From: Myxococcota bacterium
GTDB taxonomy: Bacteria > Myxococcota_A > UBA796 > CAJQPC01
DNA length: 64,000 bases
Reading direction: 5' to 3'
NCBI GenBank assembly: GCA_023150775.1
Contig: JAKLKE010000005.1
Location: 608 to 64,607, forward strand
In this document: one piece after another, positions 1-9,178 of the stretch
How positions within the stretch are numbered: the first letter of the stretch is position 1
Layout of the letters: every line of letters starts with the position of its first letter
Made by a program: the position numbers and the translations under genes
The notes under the pieces: model-generated
What the model saw: the letters and a program-made list of their open reading frames with translations, nothing else
What the model was told of the DNA's origin: nothing
Databases searched by the model: none

Positions 1-9
1 TGTGATGCC

Positions 10-531
10 GTGATCACGCTGCTGCTCCTGCTCTCCTCGCCCGCCCATGCTGAGGAGGCCTGCTCACCGGACGCCTACGAGAACGCTATCTATGACGATG
101 GCTCTTGCACACTGTTCGGACCCGAGGAGTTCTGTGCTGACATTTATAACGACGACTGCCCCACCTACGATGAGATAACAGACGGGGTGGAGGGCCAACG
201 GGGAGAGATCACGCGCTGCGGACCGGGGAGCGACGCCGCGGTGATCGTCGAGTTCACCTACACCGAAGGGGGAACAGAGTACTACTTCAACGAGGCCGGG
301 GAGATGATCGGCGCCTACCAGTGGATCTCCGAGGGCACGGGTTGGTGTTGTGAGGGTCAAGTCGGCGAGGCCATGCTCTTCGGGATCGAGCCCGCCACCT
401 GCACCCCCGTCCCAGAGGAGGAGCCCAAAGACTCCCGCTGGTCCTGCGCCAAGCTCAGCCCCCAAGCGCCGGGGCTCGTCCTCCTCGCCGCCTCTTCCCT
501 GCTCACCCTCCGCCGGAGACGCCAGCCATGA
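10..531 (+). CDS. Secreted Cys-rich protein with MYXO-CTERM-like C-terminal sorting tail (tandem paralog 1); 5' end possibly upstream of window
   Basis: 173-aa ORF with a hydrophobic N-terminus ending AHA/EE (signal-peptide-like). Multiple conserved Cys. The C-terminus SCAKLSPQAPGLVLLAASSLLTLRRRRQP is Cys + hydrophobic helix + Arg cluster. The frame stays open back to position 1. High similarity to the next ORF. Confidence 0.75.
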   Translation: MITLLLLLSSPAHAEEACSPDAYENAIYDDGSCTLFGPEEFCADIYNDDCPTYDEITDGVEGQRGEITRCGPGSDAAVIVEFTYTEGGTEYYFNEAGEMIGAYQWISEGTGWCCEGQVGEAMLFGIEPATCTPVPEEEPKDSRWSCAKLSPQAPGLVLLAASSLLTLRRRRQP

Positions 532-1076
532 GCCTCCCCTCGCTCCTCCTCTTCACCCTGCCGAGCGTGGCGCTCGCTGAGGACGAATGCTCACCCGACA
601 ACTACGAGGGTGCCATCTACGAGGACGGCGCCTGCAAACTTTTTGGTCCAGACGAGTTCTGTGCAGAGATTTATAACGGTGACTGTCCTACCTTCGATGA
701 GACAACAGACGGGGAGGATGGCCCTGGGACAGAGATCACGCGCTGCGGACCGGGAAGCGACGTCGCGTCAATCGTCGAGTTTTCGCACAACGAAGGTGGC
801 AGTCGATACTACTTCAACGACGCTGGAGACATGCTCGGCGCGTACAACTGGAGCTTCTTGGGCCCTGATTGGTGCTGTGAGGGTCAAACTGGAGACTCCA
901 TGCTCTTCGGGATCGAGACCCCCACCTGCACCCCTGTCCCAGAGGAGGAGCCCAAAGATTCCCGCTGGTCCTGCGCCAAGCTCAGCACCCAGGCGCCGGG
1001 GCTCGTCCTCCTCGGCGCCGCCCTGCTCCTCACCCGGCGCCGCCGCCCCCCTTCCTTCCCGGCGCTCGGCGGTTAA
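528..1076 (+). CDS. Secreted Cys-rich protein with MYXO-CTERM-like tail (tandem paralog 2)
   Basis: 182-aa ORF. Its ATG overlaps the previous stop (ATGA at 528-531). Signal-like MSLPSLLLFTLPSVALA/ED. Same Cys spacing as paralog 1. C-terminus SCAKLSTQAPGLVLLGAALLLTRRRR. Confidence 0.8.
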   Translation: MSLPSLLLFTLPSVALAEDECSPDNYEGAIYEDGACKLFGPDEFCAEIYNGDCPTFDETTDGEDGPGTEITRCGPGSDVASIVEFSHNEGGSRYYFNDAGDMLGAYNWSFLGPDWCCEGQTGDSMLFGIETPTCTPVPEEEPKDSRWSCAKLSTQAPGLVLLGAALLLTRRRRPPSFPALGG

Positions 1077-1106
1077 CTTCTGGCTCCCGCACCCCCGAGG
1101 AGCCCC

Positions 1107-2258
1107 ATGACCGCCGACCCCAGCGCCTTCGACACCGCGCGCGCCGTGCTTGAGCCCGCGGGCACCCGCGTCCGCGACCCGATCTCCAACAAGTCGGTGT
1201 GGCTCGCCGGGATGCTCACCGATGGCCGCGTCGAGGACAACGCCCTCAAGTTCAACTTTGAGTTCACCGCCCAGCACAGCCGCGACGACCGGGCGCGGAT
1301 GGTCGAGGCCCTCGCGCTCAACATCCGCGAGCACGGCTGGCCGGGGGAGGTGGTGCCCAACGTGCTCGTCGAGGGCGTGCGCCGCGCCGCCACACCCGCC
1401 AGCCCTCGCCCCGCCGCCGCCGCGCCGCCCAAGGCCCCCGACCCCGTGCGGGGCATGTCGGGCCCCGGGATGCAGGCCCACGGCGGGCCGATCACCCTGC
1501 AGCCTATCCCCGGCGTCAAACACCTCGTCGCCGTGGCCTCGGGCAAAGGTGGCGTCGGCAAGTCCACCGTGGCCACCAACCTCGCCGTGAGCTTGGCCAA
1601 GCTGGGTTACCTCGTCGGCCTCATGGACGCCGACATCTACGGCCCGTCTTTGCCCCTGATGATGCACATCAAGGGCAAACCCATGGCGAACGCCGAGAAG
1701 AAGGTGCTCCCGCTCATGTCCTATGGCGTGAAGTGTATGTCCATCGGCTTCATGGTGGACGACGCCGAGCCCATCATCTGGCGCGGGCCTATGGTCATGG
1801 GTGTGGTCAAGCAGTTCTTGCATGACGTGGCCTGGGCGCCGCTCGACTACCTCATCGTCGATCTGCCCCCGGGCACCGGCGACGCCCAGCTCACGATGAT
1901 CCAGGGCGCGCCCATCGCCGGGGCCGTCATCGTCACCACGCCGCAAGACATCGCGCTCCTCGACGCCGTGCGCGGCCTGGAGATGTTCAAGAAGCTCAAC
2001 GTGCCCATCTTGGGTGTGGTCGAGAACATGAGCTGGATGGAGCTGCCCGGCGGCGCGGGCAAGATCTTCCCCTTCGGCGAAGGCGGCGGTGTGCGCCTCG
2101 CCCAGCGCTACGAGACGGCCCTGCTCGGCCAGGTGCCCTTAGACCAGGCCGTGCGTGAGGGCGGCGACGAGGGCAGCCCGGCCTCTCTGGAGGACGGCCC
2201 CATCGCGGAGGTGTTCTTGGGCCTCGCCACCGCGGTCAACCGCGCTCTCCCCGTGTAA
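1107..2258 (+). CDS. apbC: Mrp/ApbC/NBP35-family Fe-S cluster carrier ATPase
   Basis: Deviant Walker A VASGKGGVGKSTVATNLA, then MDADIYGPS and VDLPPGTGD motifs. N-terminal DUF59-like domain plus Ala/Pro linker. GAGGAG Shine-Dalgarno just upstream of the ATG. Confidence 0.93.
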   Translation: MTADPSAFDTARAVLEPAGTRVRDPISNKSVWLAGMLTDGRVEDNALKFNFEFTAQHSRDDRARMVEALALNIREHGWPGEVVPNVLVEGVRRAATPASPRPAAAAPPKAPDPVRGMSGPGMQAHGGPITLQPIPGVKHLVAVASGKGGVGKSTVATNLAVSLAKLGYLVGLMDADIYGPSLPLMMHIKGKPMANAEKKVLPLMSYGVKCMSIGFMVDDAEPIIWRGPMVMGVVKQFLHDVAWAPLDYLIVDLPPGTGDAQLTMIQGAPIAGAVIVTTPQDIALLDAVRGLEMFKKLNVPILGVVENMSWMELPGGAGKIFPFGEGGGVRLAQRYETALLGQVPLDQAVREGGDEGSPASLEDGPIAEVFLGLATAVNRALPV

Positions 2259-2267
2259 GGTGGCTGG

Positions 2268-3260
2268 ATGAACGCACCCAACCCGCTCATCGACCGCTTC
2301 GGGCGGGTCCACACCTACCTGCGGGTCTCGGTCACCGACCGCTGCAACTTCCGCTGCGTCTACTGTATGCCTGAAGACGGCATGGCCTGGATGCCCAAGG
2401 CCGACATCCTCAGCTACGAGGAGATCGCCCGGCTGGTCGGCGTGTTTGTGGGCCTGGGCGTGCGGCGGGTGCGCCTGACCGGCGGTGAGCCCCTGGTGCG
2501 CGCCGACTTAGAGCTGCTCGTCGAGGCCCTGGGCAGGCTCCCCGGCTTAGACGACCTCACCATGACCACCAACGGCCACCGCCTCGCGGGCTGCGCCGAG
2601 CGCCTCTACGCCGCCGGGATGCGCCGGGTGAACGTGTCCTTGGACTCGCTGAACCCCGAACGTTTCGCCGCGCTCACCCGGGGGGGCCGTCTCGACAAGG
2701 TGCTCGACGGCCTCGACGCCGCCCGCGCCGCCGGGATGCGCCCGGTGAAGGTCAACGCCGTGATCCTGCGCGGCGAGAACGATGACGAGGTGCTGCCCCT
2801 GGTGGAGCACTTCTCAAACACCGCCGAGAGCACGGTGCTGCGCTTCATCGAGTACATGCCTTTTGAGGCGCGCTGGCACCAGTCCGTCCCGGCGAGAGAG
2901 CTGCGCGCGAAGATCAGCGCCCGCTACACCCTCGATCGCCACGAAGAGAGCTTGGGCGACGGCCCGGCGGTCTACTGGAGGGTGCGGGAGACGGGCCTCA
3001 TCGTGGGCTTCATCTCGCCGCTCTCGGAGAAGTTCTGCTCGACCTGCAACCGCCTGCGCCTGATGGCCGACGGTCGCCTGCGCACCTGCCTGAGCGACGA
3101 CGGCACACCCTCCTTGTTGGCGATGCTGCGCGAGGGCGCCGATGACGCCACCCTCGCGAGGGCCGTGCGGGCCATGGTCCTGGGCAAACGAGAGGGCCAC
3201 GGCTGCATGGAGGAGGGCGGCACCCCCTTCGAGGGCGTGATGACCCGCGTCGGCGGCTAG
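2268..3260 (+). CDS. moaA: GTP 3',8-cyclase MoaA (radical SAM, molybdenum cofactor biosynthesis)
   Basis: N-terminal LRVSVTDRCNFRCVYCMPE (CxxxCxxC radical-SAM motif). LTGGEPL. C-terminal CSTCNRLRLMADGRLRTCL second-cluster motif. 330 aa. Confidence 0.95.
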   Translation: MNAPNPLIDRFGRVHTYLRVSVTDRCNFRCVYCMPEDGMAWMPKADILSYEEIARLVGVFVGLGVRRVRLTGGEPLVRADLELLVEALGRLPGLDDLTMTTNGHRLAGCAERLYAAGMRRVNVSLDSLNPERFAALTRGGRLDKVLDGLDAARAAGMRPVKVNAVILRGENDDEVLPLVEHFSNTAESTVLRFIEYMPFEARWHQSVPARELRAKISARYTLDRHEESLGDGPAVYWRVRETGLIVGFISPLSEKFCSTCNRLRLMADGRLRTCLSDDGTPSLLAMLREGADDATLARAVRAMVLGKREGHGCMEEGGTPFEGVMTRVGG

Positions 3261-3662
3261 TCAGACGTCCACGAAGTTGTAGGCGCGCACCTTGACCGTG
3301 CCCCCGGTGATCTCCGAGCAGCAGCCGAGGCGCAGGTTGGCCGGGAAGCCGTTGGCGGCGAGGGTCTGCTTCTCCCGGGGAGACTGCGGCGAGAGGTGCT
3401 CCGCGCCCTCGATGACCTCAATCCGGCAGGTGGCGCAGGACGAGTCGTTGCAGCCCGAGGCGATGGGCCGCTCCATGTTGCCGCTGATGTAGAGGGGCGA
3501 CGAGCCGACGTCGCCGGAGAAGGTCTGCTCCTTGCCCCGATCGTCCACGAGCACCAGGGTGACCTTGGGGCGCTCGGGGCGCTTCGCCGGGGCACGATCG
3601 TCGGCGCTCGTGCTGAGCCCCATGAGCGACTTGAGCTTCTTGCGGATTCCGAAGGGGGTCAT
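3261..3662 (-). CDS. Plant-type [2Fe-2S] ferredoxin-domain protein with basic N-terminal extension
   Basis: The last 133 codons of the 382-aa track ORF start at MTPFGIRKKLK (CAT at 3660-3662). Cys pattern GCNDSSCATC...GCC (C-x4-C-x2-C...C). The longer upstream part of that ORF is antisense to the PEGA gene. Confidence 0.75.
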   Translation of the reverse strand: MTPFGIRKKLKSLMGLSTSADDRAPAKRPERPKVTLVLVDDRGKEQTFSGDVGSSPLYISGNMERPIASGCNDSSCATCRIEVIEGAEHLSPQSPREKQTLAANGFPANLRLGCCSEITGGTVKVRAYNFVDV

Positions 3663-3837
3663 TCTGCGCTCCTGTGCAGGGAGAGGGGGATCTTGGGGTC
3701 TTCTTGGCCTTGAATCGGGGGCCTCGGCGGCCATCATACAGGGCGAGATCTGCGCCGGGTGGCGCCGCTTGCCTTGTCTTCTGCGCGCGGTCGTGGCAAG
3801 GTTCAAGATTGAGAAAAAGATCTCTCCTGAGGCCCTG

Positions 3838-4917
3838 ATGCTGCTGCTCTCGCTGCTGACCTTCTCGCAGGTGGCCTTCGCCCAAGATGTAGGCTCGATC
3901 ACCGTCACCGTGTCCAGCGGTCCCAACGGCAAGATCCTCGTCGATGGCAAAGACACCGGGCTCACCACCCCGGCCACGGTGCCCAACGTCCCCGCGGGCA
4001 ACCACCTCGTGCAGGTGCAGGTGCCCGAGCGTTGTCTCGGCGGCGTCACGAGCGTCGATGTCGCCCCCAGCCGCGAGGCCCGCGCCGAGCTCAACCTGAG
4101 CACCCAAGGCGGCTTCACCCAGATCAAGGTCACCCCCGAGACGGCTTCAGTGCTCATCGACGACAAGATGGTGCCGATGCCCTTCGCCGACGAGCTGACC
4201 TGCGGCAAACACAAGCTCCAGGTGACCGCGCCGGGCTTCGTGCCCGAGACGCGCGAGGTGATCGTGGAGATGGGCAGCGCGCCCACCTTCCGTTTTGAGC
4301 TTCTGGAGGAGGGCTTCGGCGCCGTCGTCGTGCAGGTCAGCCCCCCGAGCTCCAAGGTGCTCCTCGACGGCAAACAGGTCGCCACGGGCAGCGAGACCTT
4401 AAACAACATCCCATCAGGCAGCCACGTCGTCCGGGCCGAGCTCGACGGCTACAACCCCGCCGAGCAGCCCGTCACCGTGCGGGCGAACGGCTCGACCCAG
4501 GTGAACCTCAGCCTCACGCCGATGAGCGGCGCCAACCCCATCGACACCACCAAGCCCCCGAAGGAGCCCAAGGAGCCCAAAGAGGGCATGGGCAAGAAGG
4601 TCGCCGGCGGCGCGGCCTTGGCCGTCGGCTTAGGCGTCGGCGGCGTCGGCGCCGCGATGTACTCCGGGGCCCGCAGCGCCTATGTGAACAGCTACGGCCC
4701 CCTGTACAACGAGGGCAACTGCGGCCCCGACTCCACCGGCCCCGCCAACCCCGAGCTGTGTGAAGAGGCCCAAGGAATCTACGACGCCGAGGTCGCCGGG
4801 CCCTACCGCGCCGGGATCGGCCTCATGGTCGCGGGCGGGGCCTTGGTCGCCAGCGGCGGCGTGCTGCTCTTCGTGAGCGATGATCAGGCGATGATCGGCT
4901 ACACCCGCGAGTTCTGA
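3838..4917 (+). CDS. PEGA-domain protein with C-terminal membrane/anchor module
   Basis: ATG at 3838 is preceded by GAGG. An alternative GTG at 3793 lies in an AT-rich stretch that looks non-coding. Signal-like MLLLSLLTFSQVAFA. At least three PEGA-like repeats (ILVDGKDTG..VPAGNHLVQV, VLIDDKMV..CGKHKLQV, VLLDGKQV..IPSGSHVVRA). KEPKEPKE linker and two Gly/Ala-rich hydrophobic segments. Confidence 0.85.
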   Translation: MLLLSLLTFSQVAFAQDVGSITVTVSSGPNGKILVDGKDTGLTTPATVPNVPAGNHLVQVQVPERCLGGVTSVDVAPSREARAELNLSTQGGFTQIKVTPETASVLIDDKMVPMPFADELTCGKHKLQVTAPGFVPETREVIVEMGSAPTFRFELLEEGFGAVVVQVSPPSSKVLLDGKQVATGSETLNNIPSGSHVVRAELDGYNPAEQPVTVRANGSTQVNLSLTPMSGANPIDTTKPPKEPKEPKEGMGKKVAGGAALAVGLGVGGVGAAMYSGARSAYVNSYGPLYNEGNCGPDSTGPANPELCEEAQGIYDAEVAGPYRAGIGLMVAGGALVASGGVLLFVSDDQAMIGYTREF

Positions 4918-4922
4918 TCCGC

Positions 4923-6320
4923 ATGGGCGCCGCCCTCATCACCGACCCGAGCCTCATCCTGGGCTACCTGCGTGACGCCTCGAACACCGAGGGGCACGCC
5001 GATGGGCTCTTGCGCCCGAACAACGCCCAAGAGGTCGCGGCGATCCTCCGCGACTGCCAGGCCGCGGGGCGCCCGGTCACCGTCACCGCCCAGCGCACGA
5101 GCACCACGGGCGGCCCGGTGCCCGATGGCGGCTGGCTGCTCTCCACGGAGCGCCTGAACCGTGTGCGCGCCCTCGGCCCCGATCACGCCGTCGCCGAGGG
5201 TGGGGTGCTCCTGGGCGAGCTGCAGCGGGAGATCGAGGCCACGGGGCGGTTTTACCCGCCCGACCCCACCTCGAAGGACGAGTGCAGCCTCGGCGGCTCA
5301 ATCGCCTGCAACGCCTCGGGCGCCCGCACCTTCTGTTACGGCCCCACCCGGCCCTGGGTGGAGGCCGTCGAGCTGGTGCTGCCGACGGGTGAGCTGCTCA
5401 CTGCCACCCGCGACACGCCCATCCCGGCGAGCTGGCCCCGCCTCAACTGGCGTGAGCCCAAGGTGAAGACGGCGGCCGGGCTCTACCCCGCAGACAACCT
5501 CCTCGACCTGATCATCGGCTCCGAGGGCATCTTGGGCGTGATCACCGAGGCCACGCTATGGCTGACGGCCTTGCCCAAGCGGGTGTTCTCGATCCTCATC
5601 CCTTTCCCCAGCGCTGAGGCCGGCCTCAGCTTCGTGATGAGGCACCGGCGGGTGGGGCCGCTCTCCCCGAGGCTCATGGAGTGGTTCGACAGCCACAGCC
5701 TGGACATGGTCCGCGCCCGGGTGCCCGACCTGCCCGCCGACGCCCAGGCCGCCCTGTGGTGTGAACAAGAGGCCACGGATGAGGACGCGGACGCGCTCAT
5801 GGAGGCTTGGCTTGAGGCTCTGGAGGAGAGCGGCGCGATGATGAACGCGGTCATCTTCGCCGATGATCCGTCGAGCCTAGAGCGCCTGCGCCTCTTCCGC
5901 CACGCCTTGCCCGCGGCGGTGAACGAGCGCGTGGCGCACAACGGGATGCCCAAGGTCGGCACCGACTTCGCCGTGCCTGACGCGGCCCTGCCGGAGATGA
6001 TGGCGGCCTACGCCGAGGTCACCCTGCCCCATGTGCTCTTCGGGCACATCGGCGACAACCACCTGCACATGAACCTCTTCCCACGAAGCCCTGAGGAGCT
6101 GATCGCCGCCCGGGCGGTGTGGGCGGGCTTGTTCCGCAAGGCGATCTCCCTGGGCGGCACGGTCTCCGCCGAGCACGGCGTCGGCAAGCTCAAACGCCGG
6201 TTCTTGGCGGAGATGGTCGGTCCCGAGGTGCTCTCCTCCTTTGTGGCGCTCAAGCGTCATGTGGACCCGGCGTGGATCCTCGGGCGCGGCACGATGCTGG
6301 AGATCCCCGAGTCGAGCTGA
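4923..6320 (+). CDS. FAD-binding oxidoreductase (GlcD / D-lactate dehydrogenase family)
   Basis: 465 aa. The N-terminal FAD-binding PCMH-type region (VTVTAQRTSTTGG, GELQREIEATGRFYPPDP..ECSLGGSIACNASG) and the C-terminal HIGDNHLHMN and GTVSAEHGVGKLK are typical of FAD-linked oxidases. Confidence 0.85.
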   Translation: MGAALITDPSLILGYLRDASNTEGHADGLLRPNNAQEVAAILRDCQAAGRPVTVTAQRTSTTGGPVPDGGWLLSTERLNRVRALGPDHAVAEGGVLLGELQREIEATGRFYPPDPTSKDECSLGGSIACNASGARTFCYGPTRPWVEAVELVLPTGELLTATRDTPIPASWPRLNWREPKVKTAAGLYPADNLLDLIIGSEGILGVITEATLWLTALPKRVFSILIPFPSAEAGLSFVMRHRRVGPLSPRLMEWFDSHSLDMVRARVPDLPADAQAALWCEQEATDEDADALMEAWLEALEESGAMMNAVIFADDPSSLERLRLFRHALPAAVNERVAHNGMPKVGTDFAVPDAALPEMMAAYAEVTLPHVLFGHIGDNHLHMNLFPRSPEELIAARAVWAGLFRKAISLGGTVSAEHGVGKLKRRFLAEMVGPEVLSSFVALKRHVDPAWILGRGTMLEIPESS

Positions 6321-6389
6321 ATGGTGTAAGGTTCACCTCCCTCCGGTCGTTGCCCGCCCGGAGGCTGACGATGGAGCGAACAAGCGCTG

Positions 6390-6986
6390 ATGATGGTGGG
6401 AGCTGCCACCGCCGACGAGGGGCTCCTCGACCCTCCTCACGAGCTTGGGCTCGTCGAGCGGCTCAAGCGTGGCGAGCGCGCGGCCTTGGGCGAGCTGTAC
6501 GCCGCTTATGGGGACCGCCTCTTTCGCGCCGTGATCCTCCCCCGCCTGCCGATCCGCGAGCTCGCCGAGGACGTTCTTCGAGACACGTTCCGCCTCGCGC
6601 TCGAACGAATCCACCAGTACACCCCGGCGGATCGTTCGGTCTTCTTCTGGATGCGCCGCATCGCCATCAACCGGGCGATGGACGTTCACCGCGCGCACAA
6701 ACGCCAAGAGGCGCTGCGCGAGAAGGCCGAGCAAGATCCCGAGCGTGTGATGGGTGTCCCGCCGCCCCGACCTGATCGGGGCCAAGAGCTCATCGAGACG
6801 CGGGAGCTCATCGAAGAGTCTCTCGCGCAGATCAACCCCCGCTACGCCCAGGCCCTCCGCCTGCGCCTGCTCGACGACAAAGATCGTGAAGAGTGCGCCG
6901 CGCTGATGGAGGTCACCGTGGCTACCTTCGATGTGATCCTCCACCGCGCCTGCAAGGCCTTTCGAGAGAAGTACCCCCCGCGATGA
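6390..6986 (+). CDS. ECF (sigma-70 family group 4) RNA polymerase sigma factor
   Basis: 198 aa. Region 2-like LVERLKRGERAALGELYAAYGDRLFRAV..DTFRLALERI and region 4-like YAQALRLRLLDDKDREECAALMEVTVATFDVILHRACKAFRE. Confidence 0.88.
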   Translation: MMVGAATADEGLLDPPHELGLVERLKRGERAALGELYAAYGDRLFRAVILPRLPIRELAEDVLRDTFRLALERIHQYTPADRSVFFWMRRIAINRAMDVHRAHKRQEALREKAEQDPERVMGVPPPRPDRGQELIETRELIEESLAQINPRYAQALRLRLLDDKDREECAALMEVTVATFDVILHRACKAFREKYPPR

Positions 6987-8371
6987 CCCCCGAAGAACGC
7001 CAGGCATCGACGCTCGCAGATTGGCTGGAGGCCGATCCGGGGGCTCCTCCGCCAGAGGAGCTCGACCCGGAGGTCATCGAGGCGACCTACGCGCTGCGCC
7101 CCTCGATGGCCCCGGCCGCGCGGGTGAGCCTCGATGACATCCTCGCGGGGGTGACCGCCGGGCCCTTCGCCCCCCACGCCGCGCCGCTGCCCGACGCCGC
7201 GCCTGAGGCTCTGCCGGCCCCGGCGAACGTGCCCGACTTCGGCGGCGCCGTCGCCCCGGCCCCGCCCAACCGCCGCCAGAGCCTCTGGGGCGCGCTCGGG
7301 GCCTTGGCCGCCGCCGCCCTGGTGCTGGTGACCGTGCTGCCGCTGCAAGACGAGGTCACCGCGCCCCCCGAGGCCGCCGCGCCGCCGATGTTGGACGCGC
7401 CCCAGACCGCCGCGCCCGCCGAGCCCGAGGCGCAGCGCGTCATGCCCCTGGGCGACATCGCCGAGTCCAAGGCCGATCTGGCCCAGGGCCGGCAGACGAG
7501 CGGCCCCATGCCGCTCACCGAGGTCACCCCCTCGCCGCCGCCGCCGCCTGCCCAGGCCGCCCCCGTCGCGGCCCCCCGCTACGAAGACACCCTCGTCTTG
7601 GACGGCAGCTACGGCAAAAAACAAGAGGCCCTCGCCTTGGACGAGAAGGTCGCTGAGGAGGCCGACGATGCGGGCGGGTACAGCCAGAACGGCGTCGTCG
7701 GCGGCGTCGCGGCCGAAGGTTACGCCTCGACGGGCAGCACGGCCACCCGAGACGTGACGCGGTCGCAGGACGTCCTGGCCGCGAAGGAGTCCGCTCGGCG
7801 GGATCGCACGCCGATGAGCAGCCGAGGCGCGGCGAACAACAGCGTCGCCGTCCCCGCGGAGGCCGAGGAGGCGCGGGCCCAGGCCAGCGCGGACTACGAC
7901 GCCCAGGCCGTCGCGGCGCCAGCCCCGACGAAGACCGCCGCGAAAGCTCCGAGCTCCCTCGCCAGCCAGCGCGCCGCGGCCATGCCCGCCGACTACCGGG
8001 CGAGCTGGTACACGGGCCTCTCCGACGCCACCCTCGTGGCCCAGCTCAGCGCCGCCGAGGCCACGGCGAAGGCCGCCGCCGCCAAGGGCGACTACACCGC
8101 CGCCTTCGCCGCCGTGGGCCCCTTCGTGAACCACGCCGACGCCCGGGTCGCCCAAGACTTCGCCGGTCGCGCCGCGGACTACTCGATCAAGGCCGGCAGC
8201 GCCAACGCCGCGCTCAGCACGATCCGGGCCGCGAAGAGCCGGTCGAGCAGCAACACGCCCTACCTCGCCCGGCTGTGGGCCATCGAGGGCGCGGCGTATG
8301 AGGCCCTCGGCGACGTCGAGTCTGCCCAGCGCGCCTACGCCGAGGCCACCCGGCTCAACCAGAGCCGCTGA
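6983..8371 (+). CDS. Putative anti-sigma factor / single-pass membrane protein with TPR-like C-terminus
   Basis: The ATG overlaps the sigma-factor stop (ATGA at 6983-6986). One predicted TM (SLWGALGALAAAALVLVTVLPL). Ala/Pro-rich periplasmic part. C-terminal helical repeats (YLARLWAIEGAAYEALGDVESAQRAYAEA). No zinc-binding HxxxCxxC motif. Confidence 0.65.
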   Translation: MTPEERQASTLADWLEADPGAPPPEELDPEVIEATYALRPSMAPAARVSLDDILAGVTAGPFAPHAAPLPDAAPEALPAPANVPDFGGAVAPAPPNRRQSLWGALGALAAAALVLVTVLPLQDEVTAPPEAAAPPMLDAPQTAAPAEPEAQRVMPLGDIAESKADLAQGRQTSGPMPLTEVTPSPPPPPAQAAPVAAPRYEDTLVLDGSYGKKQEALALDEKVAEEADDAGGYSQNGVVGGVAAEGYASTGSTATRDVTRSQDVLAAKESARRDRTPMSSRGAANNSVAVPAEAEEARAQASADYDAQAVAAPAPTKTAAKAPSSLASQRAAAMPADYRASWYTGLSDATLVAQLSAAEATAKAAAAKGDYTAAFAAVGPFVNHADARVAQDFAGRAADYSIKAGSANAALSTIRAAKSRSSSNTPYLARLWAIEGAAYEALGDVESAQRAYAEATRLNQSR

Positions 8372-8382
8372 GCCCAGCGCCC

Positions 8383-9114
8383 CTAAGCCGTGGCGACGAG
8401 CACGCCGTCGCGGACGACGTAGCCCCGCACGGGGCGGGCCTCTAAGGCGGCGGCGGACTCGGCGTCGAAGGCCCAGCGGCGGGTGGAGGCGATGTGCGCC
8501 ACCCGGGCGCGCAGGCGCGTAGACTCCTCTTTGGGGTTCACCAAGGCGCTGATCAGGCCCTCACGAACCTCTGCCGTCTCGTCTTGGGCGGCGAGCACCT
8601 CGACGGCGGCGTAGCGGCAGCCCTCGTCGTAGTCGGGCAAGGCCGAGCGGGCGACGGCGACGAGGCTGGCGTCCTTAAAGTCCGCGAGCTTCACCAGCAG
8701 GTTGCGCCGCTTGTCGGGGTGAAGCTCGGCGCGGGTGGCCTCGGCCTCGATCATCTCCACGGTGAGGCGCATGGCCTCGTCTTGGCTGGTGAGCTGGGCG
8801 TAGAGCGCGAGGGGCCGGGCGAACTTCTCGGTCTTGAGCAGGCACGCCCGCAGGGGATCCACCGCCGCCTGGCCGAGCCCGATGAGGAGCTGGCTGACCT
8901 CCTCCTTCTCGGCGGTGTCTTTCATGCCGTGCTCGTAGTCCATCTCGAAGCGGCCGATGAGGCCCCGAATCGCCGCCGGGCTGCCGTTCTCGGCGAGCCA
9001 ATGCGCGGAGGCCTGGCGGTCCTCGATCGGCGTGTCTTTGGACTTAATCCGCTTGGCGTGCTTCTGAATCTGCTGCTCTACGGAGCCGCCGAAGAGGAAG
9101 TCGAACAGGCCCAT
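8383..9114 (-). CDS. HEAT-repeat-like protein
   Basis: Start taken at MGLFDFLFGG (CAT at 9112-9114); the track ORF extends to 9168. Helical-repeat sequence (AHWLAENGSPAAIRGLIGRF, RYAAVEVLAAQDETAEVREGLISAL) resembles HEAT/PBS-lyase repeats. Confidence 0.6.
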   Translation of the reverse strand: MGLFDFLFGGSVEQQIQKHAKRIKSKDTPIEDRQASAHWLAENGSPAAIRGLIGRFEMDYEHGMKDTAEKEEVSQLLIGLGQAAVDPLRACLLKTEKFARPLALYAQLTSQDEAMRLTVEMIEAEATRAELHPDKRRNLLVKLADFKDASLVAVARSALPDYDEGCRYAAVEVLAAQDETAEVREGLISALVNPKEESTRLRARVAHIASTRRWAFDAESAAALEARPVRGYVVRDGVLVATA

Positions 9115-9178
9115 GATGTCTCGTCTCCGATGCGGGGCGAGGGATAAACACCTCGCCCGGTCGGACAAGCGACGTACA

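Noticed and set aside
768-1946. 392-aa minus-strand ORF spanning paralog 2 and the mrp gene
   Set aside because: It is antisense to a clearly recognisable Mrp/ApbC gene. Its composition is Gly/Arg/His/Ala-rich, typical of shadow ORFs in high-GC DNA, and it has no motifs.
3663-4409. Upstream two-thirds of the 382-aa minus ORF (3261-4409)
   Set aside because: Only the last 133 codons (the ferredoxin domain) make sense. The rest is antisense to the PEGA-domain gene, which has a signal peptide, repeats and GC3 bias.
6321-6389. Possible ECF-type promoter upstream of the first sigma factor (AAGGTTCA…CGTT)
   Set aside because: The -35-like element is GGTTC, not GGAAC, and the spacing to a GTC/GTT element is not convincing. 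The evidence is too weak to report as a feature.
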